From Clostridia bacterium (GTDB lineage Bacteria > Bacillota > Clostridia > Oscillospirales > CAG-272): a stretch of DNA of 64,000 nucleotides. Each line of letters opens with the position of its first letter. Within the stretch, counting starts at the first letter, position 1. Positions 1 to 9,333 of the stretch are shown one piece after another. The DNA lies in NCBI GenBank assembly GCA_017462385.1, contig JAFTRE010000024.1, positions 48,925 to 112,924 on the forward strand, written 5' to 3'. The notes beneath the pieces are model-generated. The model was not told the DNA's origin. It saw nothing but the letters and a program-made list of their open reading frames with translations, and searched no databases. The translations under genes were made by a program, and so were the position numbers.

Positions 1-435
1 CTGTTGCGTTTTGTAGGCGGTATTTTTTCGCCGCGCTTGATGGACGAGTCATTGCCCGCGAAAAACGTTGCTGTAGTTATATGGCTTACGGTTCGTGACA
101 TTATTTTCTTTTGTGTCAGCGGTGCGGTTTTTGCTACATTTGTTTATTATGCAAACAACGGAAATATTCGTTTTGTGGCGATAGCGGGAACGCTTATAGG
201 CTTTTTCGGTTGCTATTTAACATTGGGGCGATTGATACGTCGCGCGTCTGCGCTCATGCTCAGAGCCTTTTACAAAATGCTGTATATTTTATTTTATCCG
301 CTTCGGCTTCTTGCACGAGCCGTTGGCGGCGCGGCAAGAAAGCTTATCGGGGCCGTGCAAAAAAAGAACCGGCTGCGGTATACTTGTCGTGAGATAAAAA
401 AAGTTTCTGAGCTTAAACATAGCGGCATGCCATGA
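1..435 (+). CDS. yabQ: YabQ-like spore cortex biosynthesis membrane protein (5' end probably outside window)
   Basis: ORF 4..435 starts at TTG right at the window edge. It has a hydrophobic N-half with a YYANNGNIRF...G motif typical of the YabQ family. A divIC-like gene follows, as in the Bacillus yabQ-divIC order. Confidence 0.55.
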   Translation: MLRFVGGIFSPRLMDESLPAKNVAVVIWLTVRDIIFFCVSGAVFATFVYYANNGNIRFVAIAGTLIGFFGCYLTLGRLIRRASALMLRAFYKMLYILFYPLRLLARAVGGAARKLIGAVQKKNRLRYTCREIKKVSELKHSGMP

Positions 436-451
436 TAAACTGTGATGGGAG

Positions 452-757
452 ATGTTGAAAATGAGAGAAAATAAAAAAACCATATGTTTTTCCAAATCCA
501 ATATAGTTGTTATCGGAGCATTGGTCATAGTTGTGGGAATTGCGGTTGGTATATTTATTTCAAGTATCATGGAATATCATGTGCTGAAAGACGCTCGGAC
601 AAATGTGGAAAATGAGGCAAAACAGGTGCAGGATCAAATTGACAAGCAGGAACACGATATTGCCGCCGAGATGGACGACGAATATATAGAGAGCGTTGCC
701 AAGGATAAGCTTGACCTTATAAATCCCGATGAGATAATAGTTCACGGCAACGATTAA
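452..757 (+). CDS. divIC: Septum formation initiator (DivIC/FtsB family)
   Basis: 101 aa with one N-terminal TM (VVIGALVIVVGIAVGIFISS), a coiled coil, and a C-terminal ESVAKDKLDLINPDEIIV motif typical of FtsB/DivIC. Confidence 0.75.
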   Translation: MLKMRENKKTICFSKSNIVVIGALVIVVGIAVGIFISSIMEYHVLKDARTNVENEAKQVQDQIDKQEHDIAAEMDDEYIESVAKDKLDLINPDEIIVHGND

Positions 758-761
758 AATA

Positions 762-814
762 GGGGCTGTCTCAAATGCATAAATGCATTTGGTCGACAAG
801 CCCCGTTTTCTTTT
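762..814 (+). terminator. Intrinsic terminator after divIC
   Basis: Imperfect hairpin GGGGCTGTCTCAAATGCAT / ATGCATTTGGTCGACAAGCCCC followed by GTTTTCTTTT. Confidence 0.6.
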
Positions 815-820
815 ACACGA

Positions 821-856
821 GAGGCGGTCTCAAATTTTAAATTTGAGACCGCCTCT
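821..856. terminator. Perfect palindromic hairpin between convergent divIC and the phosphoglucomutase gene
   Basis: GAGGCGGTCTCAAAT-TTTA-AATTTGAGACCGCCTC followed by TATTTTA, 4 nt from the stop of the minus-strand gene. Confidence 0.6.
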
Positions 857-859
857 ATT

Positions 860-2587
860 TTATACCTTTTGCCCACAAATATCTGCAACCGAAGCGATAT
901 ATCGCTCGAGCTTTTGCTGTGCAGTGGTGGCGTTATCGGCAGAGAGGAGATAATATATTTTTACTTTTGGCTCCGTTCCCGATGGACGCACGATGATAAC
1001 GTCACCGTTTTCAAGTCCAAAGCGGAGAACGTCGGAGGAGGGGAGACCGGTGCCTGATTTGTGACCGTCCGACAGGCGGCAGACCTCTCCGCTCAGATAG
1101 TCGCTAATGTCGGAAATGTTGATCCCGGCAATCGATTTTATGGACGGATCGCGCAAGGCTCCCATGATAGCTTTCATCTGCTCGATACCCTTATAGTCAT
1201 CAAGAACGAGCTCCTGAGTTTTCTCCAGTGAGTATCCGTATTTTTCGTACAAACCGTTAAGAGCGTCCGCGAGCGTCATACCACGCAATTTATAGTACGC
1301 TGTCATCTCGCAGATAAGCATCGTGGCAACAACGGCATCCTTGTCGCGAGCATATGTGCCCTTGAGGTAGCCATAGCTTTCTTCGGCACCGAATATAAAG
1401 CTACCGTGTCCCTCAGCCTGCTTTTTCTTGATGACCTCGCCAATATATTTAAAGCCTGTCAACACATTGTAGAGCTCGACGCCGCCCTCGTGGCATATTT
1501 TGCTCATAAGCTCGGTAGTAACGATCGATTTGACCGCATAAGGCTCGGGTGGCATATTTCCCGAACGGTTGTAGGAGCTTATAATGTAGTCAAGCAAAAG
1601 AGAGCCGGTCTGATTTCCGTTAAGTGCGATAAATTTGCCGTCGCGACCGCGCACCATGATGCCTACACGATCTGCGTCCGGATCGGTCGCTATGATGAGG
1701 TCACTGCCTACGCGATCGGCAAGGGGAATACCGTACTCAAAAACCTCGGGGTATTCGGGATTGGGCTTCTTTGTGGTTGGGAAATCACCGTTTGGCTCAG
1801 CCTGCTCGGGTACTATGTGAAAATGCTTGATGCCGATTCGGGATATTATCTCCGGAACAAGGCGATAGCCTGCTCCGTGAAGCGGTGTGTAGACGATGTT
1901 AAGACTGTCGGACGCCGCCTTGATAGTATCAAGATCTATTACTTGGGCAAGCACGGCATCAAGATATTTTTCGTCGATTTCTGCGCCGATTATATTTATG
2001 ATTCCGGATGCAACACCCTCATCGAAGTCCGTTTTCTTGATACTGTCGATATCAACACGCTTCATATAAGCGGCAATTTCGTTTGCCTGGTCGGGAGAGA
2101 GTTGAGCGCCGTCATCCCAATATGCCTTATATCCGTTATATTCTTTGGGATTGTGCGATGCGGTTATATTGATGCCGGCAATACAGCCGAGGTAGCGCAA
2201 TGCGAACGAAAGCTCGGGTGTGGGGCGAAGTGCGTCAAAAATATGAACCTTGATACCGTTACCTGCAAGCACCTCAGCCGCAGTGCGCGCGAAAAGCTCG
2301 GAATTGTTGCGGCTGTCGTAGGCAATAACCACAGCTCGGTCTGCCGCTCCGACTTTTTGTATATACATTGCAAGTCCCGCAGTGGCTTGAGCAACGGTAT
2401 AAATATTCATGGCATTGGCGCCAAGCTTCATTTTGCCGCGCAATCCCGCTGTTCCGAAAGCAAGCGAGGTGCCGAAGCGAGCTGAAAGCTCTTGAGCATC
2501 GTTTTTCAGTGTTTCTAACTCACGGCGCTCTTCGGGAGTCAGACATTTGAGTGACAGCCATTTGCTGTATTGTTCGAGATATAACAT
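860..2587 (-). CDS. Phosphoglucomutase / phosphomannomutase (alpha-D-phosphohexomutase family)
   Basis: 575 aa. Has the active-site TASHNPKEYNGYK motif, the DPDADR metal loop, and a size matching PgcA-type enzymes. Confidence 0.9.
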   Translation of the reverse strand: MLYLEQYSKWLSLKCLTPEERRELETLKNDAQELSARFGTSLAFGTAGLRGKMKLGANAMNIYTVAQATAGLAMYIQKVGAADRAVVIAYDSRNNSELFARTAAEVLAGNGIKVHIFDALRPTPELSFALRYLGCIAGINITASHNPKEYNGYKAYWDDGAQLSPDQANEIAAYMKRVDIDSIKKTDFDEGVASGIINIIGAEIDEKYLDAVLAQVIDLDTIKAASDSLNIVYTPLHGAGYRLVPEIISRIGIKHFHIVPEQAEPNGDFPTTKKPNPEYPEVFEYGIPLADRVGSDLIIATDPDADRVGIMVRGRDGKFIALNGNQTGSLLLDYIISSYNRSGNMPPEPYAVKSIVTTELMSKICHEGGVELYNVLTGFKYIGEVIKKKQAEGHGSFIFGAEESYGYLKGTYARDKDAVVATMLICEMTAYYKLRGMTLADALNGLYEKYGYSLEKTQELVLDDYKGIEQMKAIMGALRDPSIKSIAGINISDISDYLSGEVCRLSDGHKSGTGLPSSDVLRFGLENGDVIIVRPSGTEPKVKIYYLLSADNATTAQQKLERYIASVADICGQKV

Positions 2588-2649
2588 ATTTGGTCTCCGT
2601 TTGTATTGGTTTTTGATGTTTCAGCGGGAGCCTGCCAACACCATTGGAT

Positions 2650-2910
2650 TTATGATTTTTGCGCGACGTACTGCTCCAGCGCTTGGGCGAGCTGGTCTGG
2701 GCAAGACGTTGGTTTAAATCCGCACTTTAGCCCGCGCAGGCGTTCGATGACCTCATTTATTTTCATGCCTGTGGCAAGCGCGGCGACACCTTGTGTATTG
2801 CCGGAGCAACCGCCGACAAATGTAATACCTGTCACCGTATCGTCTTCGATCTCAATGATGATCTGGCGGGAACAGGTCCCATGTGTATTATATGTTATTT
2901 TATCTTTCAT
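2650..2910 (-). CDS. TSCPD-domain protein (TIGR03905-like, 4-Cys)
   Basis: Motifs HGTCSRQI...GGCSGNTQG...CGFKPTSCPDQLA. An AAAGGA RBS favours the internal Met (MKDKITY) as the start rather than 2919. Confidence 0.8.
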   Translation of the reverse strand: MKDKITYNTHGTCSRQIIIEIEDDTVTGITFVGGCSGNTQGVAALATGMKINEVIERLRGLKCGFKPTSCPDQLAQALEQYVAQKS

Positions 2911-2928
2911 TATTATCATTCCTTTTCA

Positions 2929-3786
2929 TTATATGTTGTTATATATACCGACAATTGTGTGCTGTGACAGATTAAGCTTTAGAAACAGCATAAATATCGA
3001 TATGTTTCGAGGATCACCGTACAAAATGGGATAAAACACAAATGCAGATCTGTTATATCGCAACGGCAGAGAATCTATTCGGTATATCTGCAGGTTGCAT
3101 AATGCTGCGGCATCAAGTATGTCTTTGATATTGTAGTATCCCGAGCAAGTGAAGCAAAACTCAAAGTAACAGACATCGGTATCTTGCGGGACGGACATAT
3201 GTCGCCATAGCAATGCATAACGGGTGACCTGATCGCCGTCACTGCTTTCGATATCGCATGTACGCAATATTTTTAGCTCGAAGCGATCTATTATAGAATA
3301 GAAGTTTATCAGTTTACCGTCCGTCGTATTTTCAATGGGCATGATGCAGAAATCGACTGTGCTGGTTTCTATATCGTCGCATAACTCTCCGAATGATCGG
3401 AAAACATGCTCTCCTTTCACCGCTATATTCCGACACAGCCTTTCATAAGCTTCTGATGAATATTGATTTTTGACATACGCCAAAGCGTCTATGACGGCAG
3501 GGGCGGTTTTCCTTATAAGCAGGTCTTGCACGTTAACGGTTGTACGATCGGCAAGCCTGCGACAGAAACCAATGCGGTCGGAGACGGTGAAAGCGGTGTT
3601 GTCGAGGGGCATATATCGGCGATATATGCGGTTTAGTTCACGCAAATCGGTCAAGTCCGTCATCGGCTGTGCAAGCTCGGCTATCTCAAGAGCGCGAAGC
3701 TCATTTATGGCGGCTTCGCGCTCTTGGAGTGTACGAAGATTGGATGCTATTACATCAAAGTCCGAATTTTTTGACATGCTGTTCAA
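2929..3786 (-). CDS. Prephenate dehydratase-like protein (PDT plus ACT-like C-terminus) with N-terminal extension
   Basis: 285 aa. FCIMPIENTTDGKL resembles the PDT PIENS motif, VTRYALL resembles the TRF motif, and the C-terminal region is ACT-like. The first ~95 aa are unassigned. Its start overlaps the htpG stop by 4 nt. Confidence 0.5.
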   Translation of the reverse strand: MNSMSKNSDFDVIASNLRTLQEREAAINELRALEIAELAQPMTDLTDLRELNRIYRRYMPLDNTAFTVSDRIGFCRRLADRTTVNVQDLLIRKTAPAVIDALAYVKNQYSSEAYERLCRNIAVKGEHVFRSFGELCDDIETSTVDFCIMPIENTTDGKLINFYSIIDRFELKILRTCDIESSDGDQVTRYALLWRHMSVPQDTDVCYFEFCFTCSGYYNIKDILDAAALCNLQIYRIDSLPLRYNRSAFVFYPILYGDPRNISIFMLFLKLNLSQHTIVGIYNNI

Positions 3787-5657
3787 TAATTGTTCAACAG
3801 CTTATAGCTGTCCGAGAGAAATTCGTTCAGCTCATCCGCCGTAAGTCTGCGATGAGCCATAAGCGATAATCGGTAGATATATCCTGCCATGAATTCGGCA
3901 CGCTCCAACGCTCCGTCGGACAGTACTTGTTCAAGGTGCGAATACAGTGAGGAGGCAGTGTTTAAAATGAGCGTCTGTTCTGTAATGGGCGCGCCCGATT
4001 CGGATTGTGTAATATATGAATACGCCTTCATAAAATCATCCATACGGCGTTTGTCCTCGCTTAGGTTGAGCAGGGCAGGGGCATCGGTGGATTTTAAGTT
4101 TTCGAATTTGACCTCCAGCTTGTCGTTCGCCGTGACGCGACGGAACAACTCTGTGATCTCGACGTTTTCGGTCACGTCGCCGCTTTCGGTCAGAGCCGAT
4201 ACATCCGCGTCTACTCTGACAAACTTTATGTTTTGATATACTCCCTCGGCGGAGGTTATGAACTGAGTATCAACAAACTGATCGAGTACCGCAACACGCA
4301 GTCCTTGTGAGGTGTAAAGTGAGATATATTGTGACTGCTGAGCCTCATCGTTGGTGTAATAGATTGTCTTGGGCTCTTTTGAGCTTTGCTCGGCAGTGTC
4401 GGTGTCTTCTGCTTTTCCGAAGTATTCCTCAACAGTGACATGGCTACCGTCAGTCAGACGGAGAAGAATGCAGTCCTTTACGCGATCAAAGAATTTGCGG
4501 TCGCGAATGGAAGCGTATTCGATAAAGGTGCGTATATCGCCCCAGATTGTCTCAAACTGCTCGCGCTCATTGGCACAAAGGTTGCATATTTTATCGGCAA
4601 TCTTTTTAACTATGTGGGCAGACACCTTGGAAACATAGGTGTTGTTTTGAAGATAACTGCGCGAGACATTCAGCGGCAGCTCGGGGCAGTCTATAACGCC
4701 CTTAAGCATTATCAGGTATTCGGGTATGATCTCTTTGACATTGTCAGCGACAAATACTTGATTGTAGAACAGCTTTATTTGCCCTTCAAGCGAATCATAT
4801 TCACTGCGTAGCTTGGGAAAATACAATATACCCTTGAAATTGAGGGGGTAATCGGCATTTATATGAATGCTGAACAGCGGGTCGTTAAAGTCGGAGAAGA
4901 CCTTGTGATAGAATTCGCGGTATTCTTCATCCGTGCATTCGGAGGGACGCTTGAGCCACAGGGGAGAAGTGGTATTGACCGGTTCGGATGCAACAGTATC
5001 GGTATCGGCGCATTCGTCCTCAAGATATATCTCATAAGGCATAAATGCGCAATATTTATCCAGCATGGAGCGGATCTTATCTATGTTCAGATAATCCTTC
5101 TCGTCGTCGGTGACGTGCATTATGACTTCCGTGCCGCGCTCCACCTTGTCGGAGGGGGTTATCTCGTAGTTGCCGTCATCGGTGCAGATCCAGTGGACAG
5201 CACTCTCAGCGGTGTATGATTTGGTAATAAGCTCGACCTTGTCGGCTATCATGAATGAAGAATAGAAGCCCAAACCGAAATGACCTATAATGCCGTTGTT
5301 TTCGGCAGAGTCGGATTTGCCCTCGTATTTTTCGATAAATTCAAGCGCGCCCGATAGCGCTATCTGGCAAATATAGCGTCGGAGCTCATCCGCGGTCATG
5401 CCGATACCGTTGTCTTCAACTGTCAGTGTGCCGGCCTGCTTGTTTACTTTGACAAATATTTTATATTCATCCGAGCATTCGATCTCGCCCAATGAAGACA
5501 GGCGCTTCATTTTGGTTATAGCGTCAGAAGCGTTGGATACGATCTCGCGCAGAAAAATATCTTTTTCGGAATAGAGCCATCTTTTTATGATGGGAAATAT
5601 GTGAGCGGTTTCGACGGAAATTCCGCCGCGCTCGGGCGTGGTGTTTGAATCAGTCAT
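3783..5657 (-). CDS. htpG: Molecular chaperone HtpG (Hsp90 family)
   Basis: 624 aa. N-terminal IFLREIVSNASDAITK and DNGIGMT GHKL ATPase motifs. GGAAGGTG RBS. Confidence 0.93.
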   Translation of the reverse strand: MTDSNTTPERGGISVETAHIFPIIKRWLYSEKDIFLREIVSNASDAITKMKRLSSLGEIECSDEYKIFVKVNKQAGTLTVEDNGIGMTADELRRYICQIALSGALEFIEKYEGKSDSAENNGIIGHFGLGFYSSFMIADKVELITKSYTAESAVHWICTDDGNYEITPSDKVERGTEVIMHVTDDEKDYLNIDKIRSMLDKYCAFMPYEIYLEDECADTDTVASEPVNTTSPLWLKRPSECTDEEYREFYHKVFSDFNDPLFSIHINADYPLNFKGILYFPKLRSEYDSLEGQIKLFYNQVFVADNVKEIIPEYLIMLKGVIDCPELPLNVSRSYLQNNTYVSKVSAHIVKKIADKICNLCANEREQFETIWGDIRTFIEYASIRDRKFFDRVKDCILLRLTDGSHVTVEEYFGKAEDTDTAEQSSKEPKTIYYTNDEAQQSQYISLYTSQGLRVAVLDQFVDTQFITSAEGVYQNIKFVRVDADVSALTESGDVTENVEITELFRRVTANDKLEVKFENLKSTDAPALLNLSEDKRRMDDFMKAYSYITQSESGAPITEQTLILNTASSLYSHLEQVLSDGALERAEFMAGYIYRLSLMAHRRLTADELNEFLSDSYKLLNNY

Positions 5658-5678
5658 GTAATATTCACCTTCCGTTTA

Positions 5679-6989
5679 TTACTGTTTCTTTTTAAATATA
5701 GAGATAATTTTTGAGAACAGGCATTTGAAAAAGCGATTTATCGCATTTACTACGCGTACTATAAGATGATCTTTTTGATGCTCTTCCTGCTCGATCAAAT
5801 CATCTGTTCCGGACGGGTAGTAGTCTGTTAGTGTAACCGTCATGCCGCGTTTCTCCAACTTCGTGTTGACTATGCGGCGAATGATCTCACCTACAACAAC
5901 GAAAAAGGGAACTCCGAGTATCATGCCTATTACTCCGAAATATCCGCCCATGACGGTAATTGCGAAAAGGACGCCGAGTGGAGACATGCCTGTTGATGTG
6001 CCGACAAGTCGGGGGAGAACAAAGTTACCGTCGATTTGCTGAATAAGAACAAGCAGTATTATAAAAAGCAAAAGCTTTTCGGGGTTTGTGATAAACACTA
6101 TAAATCCCGACGGGATACCGCCGATGAAAGGACCGAAAACGGGAATGATATTAGTGACACCTATTATGAAAGCCAAGAGCACCGGATACGGCATCTTTGC
6201 AATGCTGAAGATCAGCATGCATTCTATTGTGACAAGCAAGGCATCAAGCAACTGCGCTCGTATGTAGTTGCCGAATGTTTTGTGTGTGAACTTGGTCATT
6301 TCGGAGAAATATGCATAGTGTTCTTTGTTTAGAACGGCGGTGAAAAATTTTTTTGCGGTGGCTATGATATGCTCCTTTGAGGCAAGAAAGTATATAGAAA
6401 ATATAAGTCCGAATATTATATTTTTAACGCCGACTGCAATGGAGGAGGCATAGCTTACAACATATCCCGATATGGTGGAGAACAGGCTGGTTGAGGTGTT
6501 AAAAAGATCGCTGACTATTTTTTGCAGGTCTACTATGTTGATGTAACTGCTGAAGTCACCGTCCTCCGAGGACGCGTTGAGCTGATAGATCAGCTTGTTT
6601 ATGATGGTAATTATTTTATCTGTATACGATTTGAGGTTGGTTGTAAAATCATTGAATCCGCTTATGATCTGAGGGATGATTATTAATAGTATAACGGTTA
6701 TGATCAGCGCCAGCAGAAGATATGTACATATCATTGACAGTGCGCGGCGAAGCTTGGGGTTTTTAATGCCCTTGTACAGTTTGTTTTCAAACATTACCAC
6801 TATAGGATTGCTCAAATATGATATAGCGATACCGATGATTATAGGCGAAAGCACTCCCAGTACATTGTTTATCCAGCCGGATATGGTCTTGCTGTTGATA
6901 ATGACCACAAACAGCAGGGCGAGCACTGCATAAACAGCCACAGAGACGGCAATCACAGTATTCCTTTTATTCCAGTTGAATTCCTTCAT
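5679..6989 (-). CDS. AI-2E family transporter (PerM/YhhT-like)
   Basis: 436 aa polytopic membrane protein with a C-terminal PRLVG...GMSPLGVLFAI..GG..G..G motif typical of the AI-2E family. AGGAG RBS. Confidence 0.85.
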   Translation of the reverse strand: MKEFNWNKRNTVIAVSVAVYAVLALLFVVIINSKTISGWINNVLGVLSPIIIGIAISYLSNPIVVMFENKLYKGIKNPKLRRALSMICTYLLLALIITVILLIIIPQIISGFNDFTTNLKSYTDKIITIINKLIYQLNASSEDGDFSSYINIVDLQKIVSDLFNTSTSLFSTISGYVVSYASSIAVGVKNIIFGLIFSIYFLASKEHIIATAKKFFTAVLNKEHYAYFSEMTKFTHKTFGNYIRAQLLDALLVTIECMLIFSIAKMPYPVLLAFIIGVTNIIPVFGPFIGGIPSGFIVFITNPEKLLLFIILLVLIQQIDGNFVLPRLVGTSTGMSPLGVLFAITVMGGYFGVIGMILGVPFFVVVGEIIRRIVNTKLEKRGMTVTLTDYYPSGTDDLIEQEEHQKDHLIVRVVNAINRFFKCLFSKIISIFKKKQ

Positions 6990-7162
6990 GTTGTACTCCT
7001 GAGTGATTTATGTAAAAGAACGCAAATTTCATCCTATTTACTTGTTATTTATATTATTATATACCTTTTTTGAGTTTTAGTCAATATATATTAAATATTT
7101 CTTGATTTTTCAATGCATATGTGGTACACTGTATTCGGTTAAAAACACAAAAGAGGTGTCAA

Positions 7163-8047
7163 ATGAACAGTTATATGGTCGCGGCTCCCGCGAAAATCAA
7201 TTTATATCTTGATGTTACCTCCCGTCGTGAGGACGGATATCATGAGATACTCAGTATTATGCAGACTGTGTCGCTGTGTGATGAGATATTTCTTGAACGG
7301 GTCGATAGCGAAGGGATCGAGCTTATATGCGATGATCCGGCGTTGCCTGCGGACAGCAAAAATATAGCTTATCGTGCCGCAGAACTTTTTTTGAAGCATG
7401 CTTGTATAAATTGCGGAATAAGAATATCGCTTCGAAAAACCATCCCCGCAGCCGCCGGTCTGGCGGGGGGCAGTGCCGATGCCTCCGCGGTGCTGAGAGG
7501 GCTGAATGCTATGTTTGGCAAACCTTTTAGTATAGACGGGCTTTGCGGTATGGCTGCGGCGCTTGGTGCGGATGTTCCGTTTTGCGTTCGCGGCGGTTGC
7601 ATGAAGGCGGAGGGAATAGGTGAAAAATTGAGCCCGTTACCATGTATGCCGGATTGCAGTATAGTGATCTCCTGTCCGGATGCGCGAGTGAGCACTCCCG
7701 CGGCATATGCCGCGCTTGACGCAATGTATGGGGATTTTAAGTATCATCAACAGGACGATTCTCGTTATTGGCGTGCAGAGGCGGCGCTTTGTAGCGATAG
7801 CCTTGACGGTGTGTGCCAAAATATGTATAATATATTTGAATCGGTTCAACATGACAGAAAAGATATTGCGGAACTCAAAAATGTTATGACGAGTGCAGGC
7901 GCACTTGCCACGATGATGAGCGGAAGCGGGCCGTCGGTATTTGGTGTTTTTTCAAATTCCAATGACGCGGCAATGGCGTCATTGCTGATCGAGAAGCACG
8001 GATATACAGCGTATATTTGTGCTCCGACAAAATCTTTTGCAATATAA
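7163..8047 (+). CDS. ispE: 4-diphosphocytidyl-2-C-methyl-D-erythritol kinase
   Basis: APAKINLYLDV N-terminus and the GHMP kinase motif PAAAGLAGGSADASA. AAGAGG RBS in front of ATG 7163 (the ORF-track start at 7121 is judged too far upstream). Confidence 0.9.
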   Translation: MNSYMVAAPAKINLYLDVTSRREDGYHEILSIMQTVSLCDEIFLERVDSEGIELICDDPALPADSKNIAYRAAELFLKHACINCGIRISLRKTIPAAAGLAGGSADASAVLRGLNAMFGKPFSIDGLCGMAAALGADVPFCVRGGCMKAEGIGEKLSPLPCMPDCSIVISCPDARVSTPAAYAALDAMYGDFKYHQQDDSRYWRAEAALCSDSLDGVCQNMYNIFESVQHDRKDIAELKNVMTSAGALATMMSGSGPSVFGVFSNSNDAAMASLLIEKHGYTAYICAPTKSFAI

Positions 8048-8063
8048 AAAGGAGACAGTTATT

Positions 8064-9227
8064 ATGGGAGAGATATATCACGGCAAGGGAAACGAGTCAT
8101 TGTACGGTGAGTACATGGATTTTATCAATTACGTTTTCGGTTTTAACGGCACCGATCGGGATTTCAAAAAGCTTTTACCCAAGCTTTATAAACCCGAGGA
8201 TCGACCTGTGGAGAGCTCATATGTCACACTTGATGACGGCAAGATCCGCGCGGCTGTGGGCGCTTTTGATCACAGCATATCGGTGTGCGGTGAGTGCTTG
8301 AAGTGTAGGGGCATCGGCAATGTGGCGGTGCATCCGTACGAGCGTTCCAAGGGATATATGAAAGCGTTGATGAATATGGCGACCCAGGACATGATATCCG
8401 ACGGAGTTGATCTGTCAATACTTGGCGGCAGACGGCAGAGATACAATTATTTTTCTTATGAAAAAACAGGAGTGGCGTATAATTTCACGCTTAACAGCGA
8501 TAATATGCGCCATGTATACGGAAAAGATCGCTCGGCATATCACACTTTGACGGTCAAGAAGCTGCGCAGTGAGGACAACGAGGCACTGGATGCCATCGCG
8601 GCTTTAACGGCCCGACAACCCTATTCGCCTGTACGCGAGAGGGAACAACTGTATGATATTCTTGTGTCGTGGCAGTGCGTTCCGTATGCATTTATAAAGC
8701 AAAATGAAACGGTGGGCTTTTGCGTTGTAGGCGGGGGAAAAAAAGTTCATGAGATCGTGCTGCAGGATAAAAACGATTTTGTCAATGCTGTTATTTCACT
8801 GTACGATGCGCTCAAGCAACCGTCGATATCCGTGTGCTTGCCGCCGTTTTGCACGGAATATATTGCGCAGCTTTACAATGTTTGCGAAGGCTATGAGATA
8901 ACTACGCCCAAAAGCTTTTCCGTTTTCAATTACAAACGCGTTATAACGGCGTTTTTGCATCTTAAGGCTACATATACGGAATTACCTGAGGGTGAGTTTT
9001 GCATGCTTGTTCACGGAGTGGCGGGGGATGAGCGACTGCAGATACGTATACGCAATGATGTTGTAAAGGTTGAAGAATACAAGGGCGAGGTCGATATAGA
9101 GCTTGATCATATTGATGCCATGAACCTTTTGTTTTCTCCGTTCTGTCCCGAACGAGATAAATTATCTCATTTTGCTCGCATATTGCTTCCGTTGCCGCTG
9201 TGGCTGTATTCTGCAGATGCGGTTTGA
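8064..9227 (+). CDS. GNAT N-acetyltransferase with C-terminal SCP2-like region (Eis-like)
   Basis: GIGNVAVHPYERSKGYMKALM acetyl-CoA binding motif. Size (~387 aa) and layout resemble Eis/COG4552 proteins. AAGGAG RBS before ATG 8064. Confidence 0.7.
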   Translation: MGEIYHGKGNESLYGEYMDFINYVFGFNGTDRDFKKLLPKLYKPEDRPVESSYVTLDDGKIRAAVGAFDHSISVCGECLKCRGIGNVAVHPYERSKGYMKALMNMATQDMISDGVDLSILGGRRQRYNYFSYEKTGVAYNFTLNSDNMRHVYGKDRSAYHTLTVKKLRSEDNEALDAIAALTARQPYSPVREREQLYDILVSWQCVPYAFIKQNETVGFCVVGGGKKVHEIVLQDKNDFVNAVISLYDALKQPSISVCLPPFCTEYIAQLYNVCEGYEITTPKSFSVFNYKRVITAFLHLKATYTELPEGEFCMLVHGVAGDERLQIRIRNDVVKVEEYKGEVDIELDHIDAMNLLFSPFCPERDKLSHFARILLPLPLWLYSADAV

Positions 9228-9272
9228 TCTTCACAAAAAAATGCTCAAAGTGAGAATATGTGATTTTTGATG

Positions 9273-9301
9273 TTGCTTTTGAGGTATATTTGTGGTAGAA
9301 T
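9273..9301 (+). promoter_or_regulatory. Putative sigma-A promoter for plsY
   Basis: TTGCTT, 17 nt, TAGAAT, with an upstream TG (TGGTAGAAT). Confidence 0.4.
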
Positions 9302-9333
9302 ATAAAAAGCATCAATATTTATGAGGTATTAAT

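Noticed and set aside
7121-7162. Longer upstream starts offered by the ORF track for ispE (7121), GNAT (8019), asd (12477), mraZ (27147), murE (31696), ftsZ (39207), rplJ (48151), the HTH gene (48937), rplV (53529), rplP (54600), rpsH (57182), rpsE (58651), rplO (59306), UDG (21551) and the radical SAM gene (26046).
   Set aside because: In each case an internal Met is preceded by a good GGAGG-type RBS at 5-10 nt and gives the canonical conserved N-terminus. The extensions overlap upstream genes or intergenic promoters.
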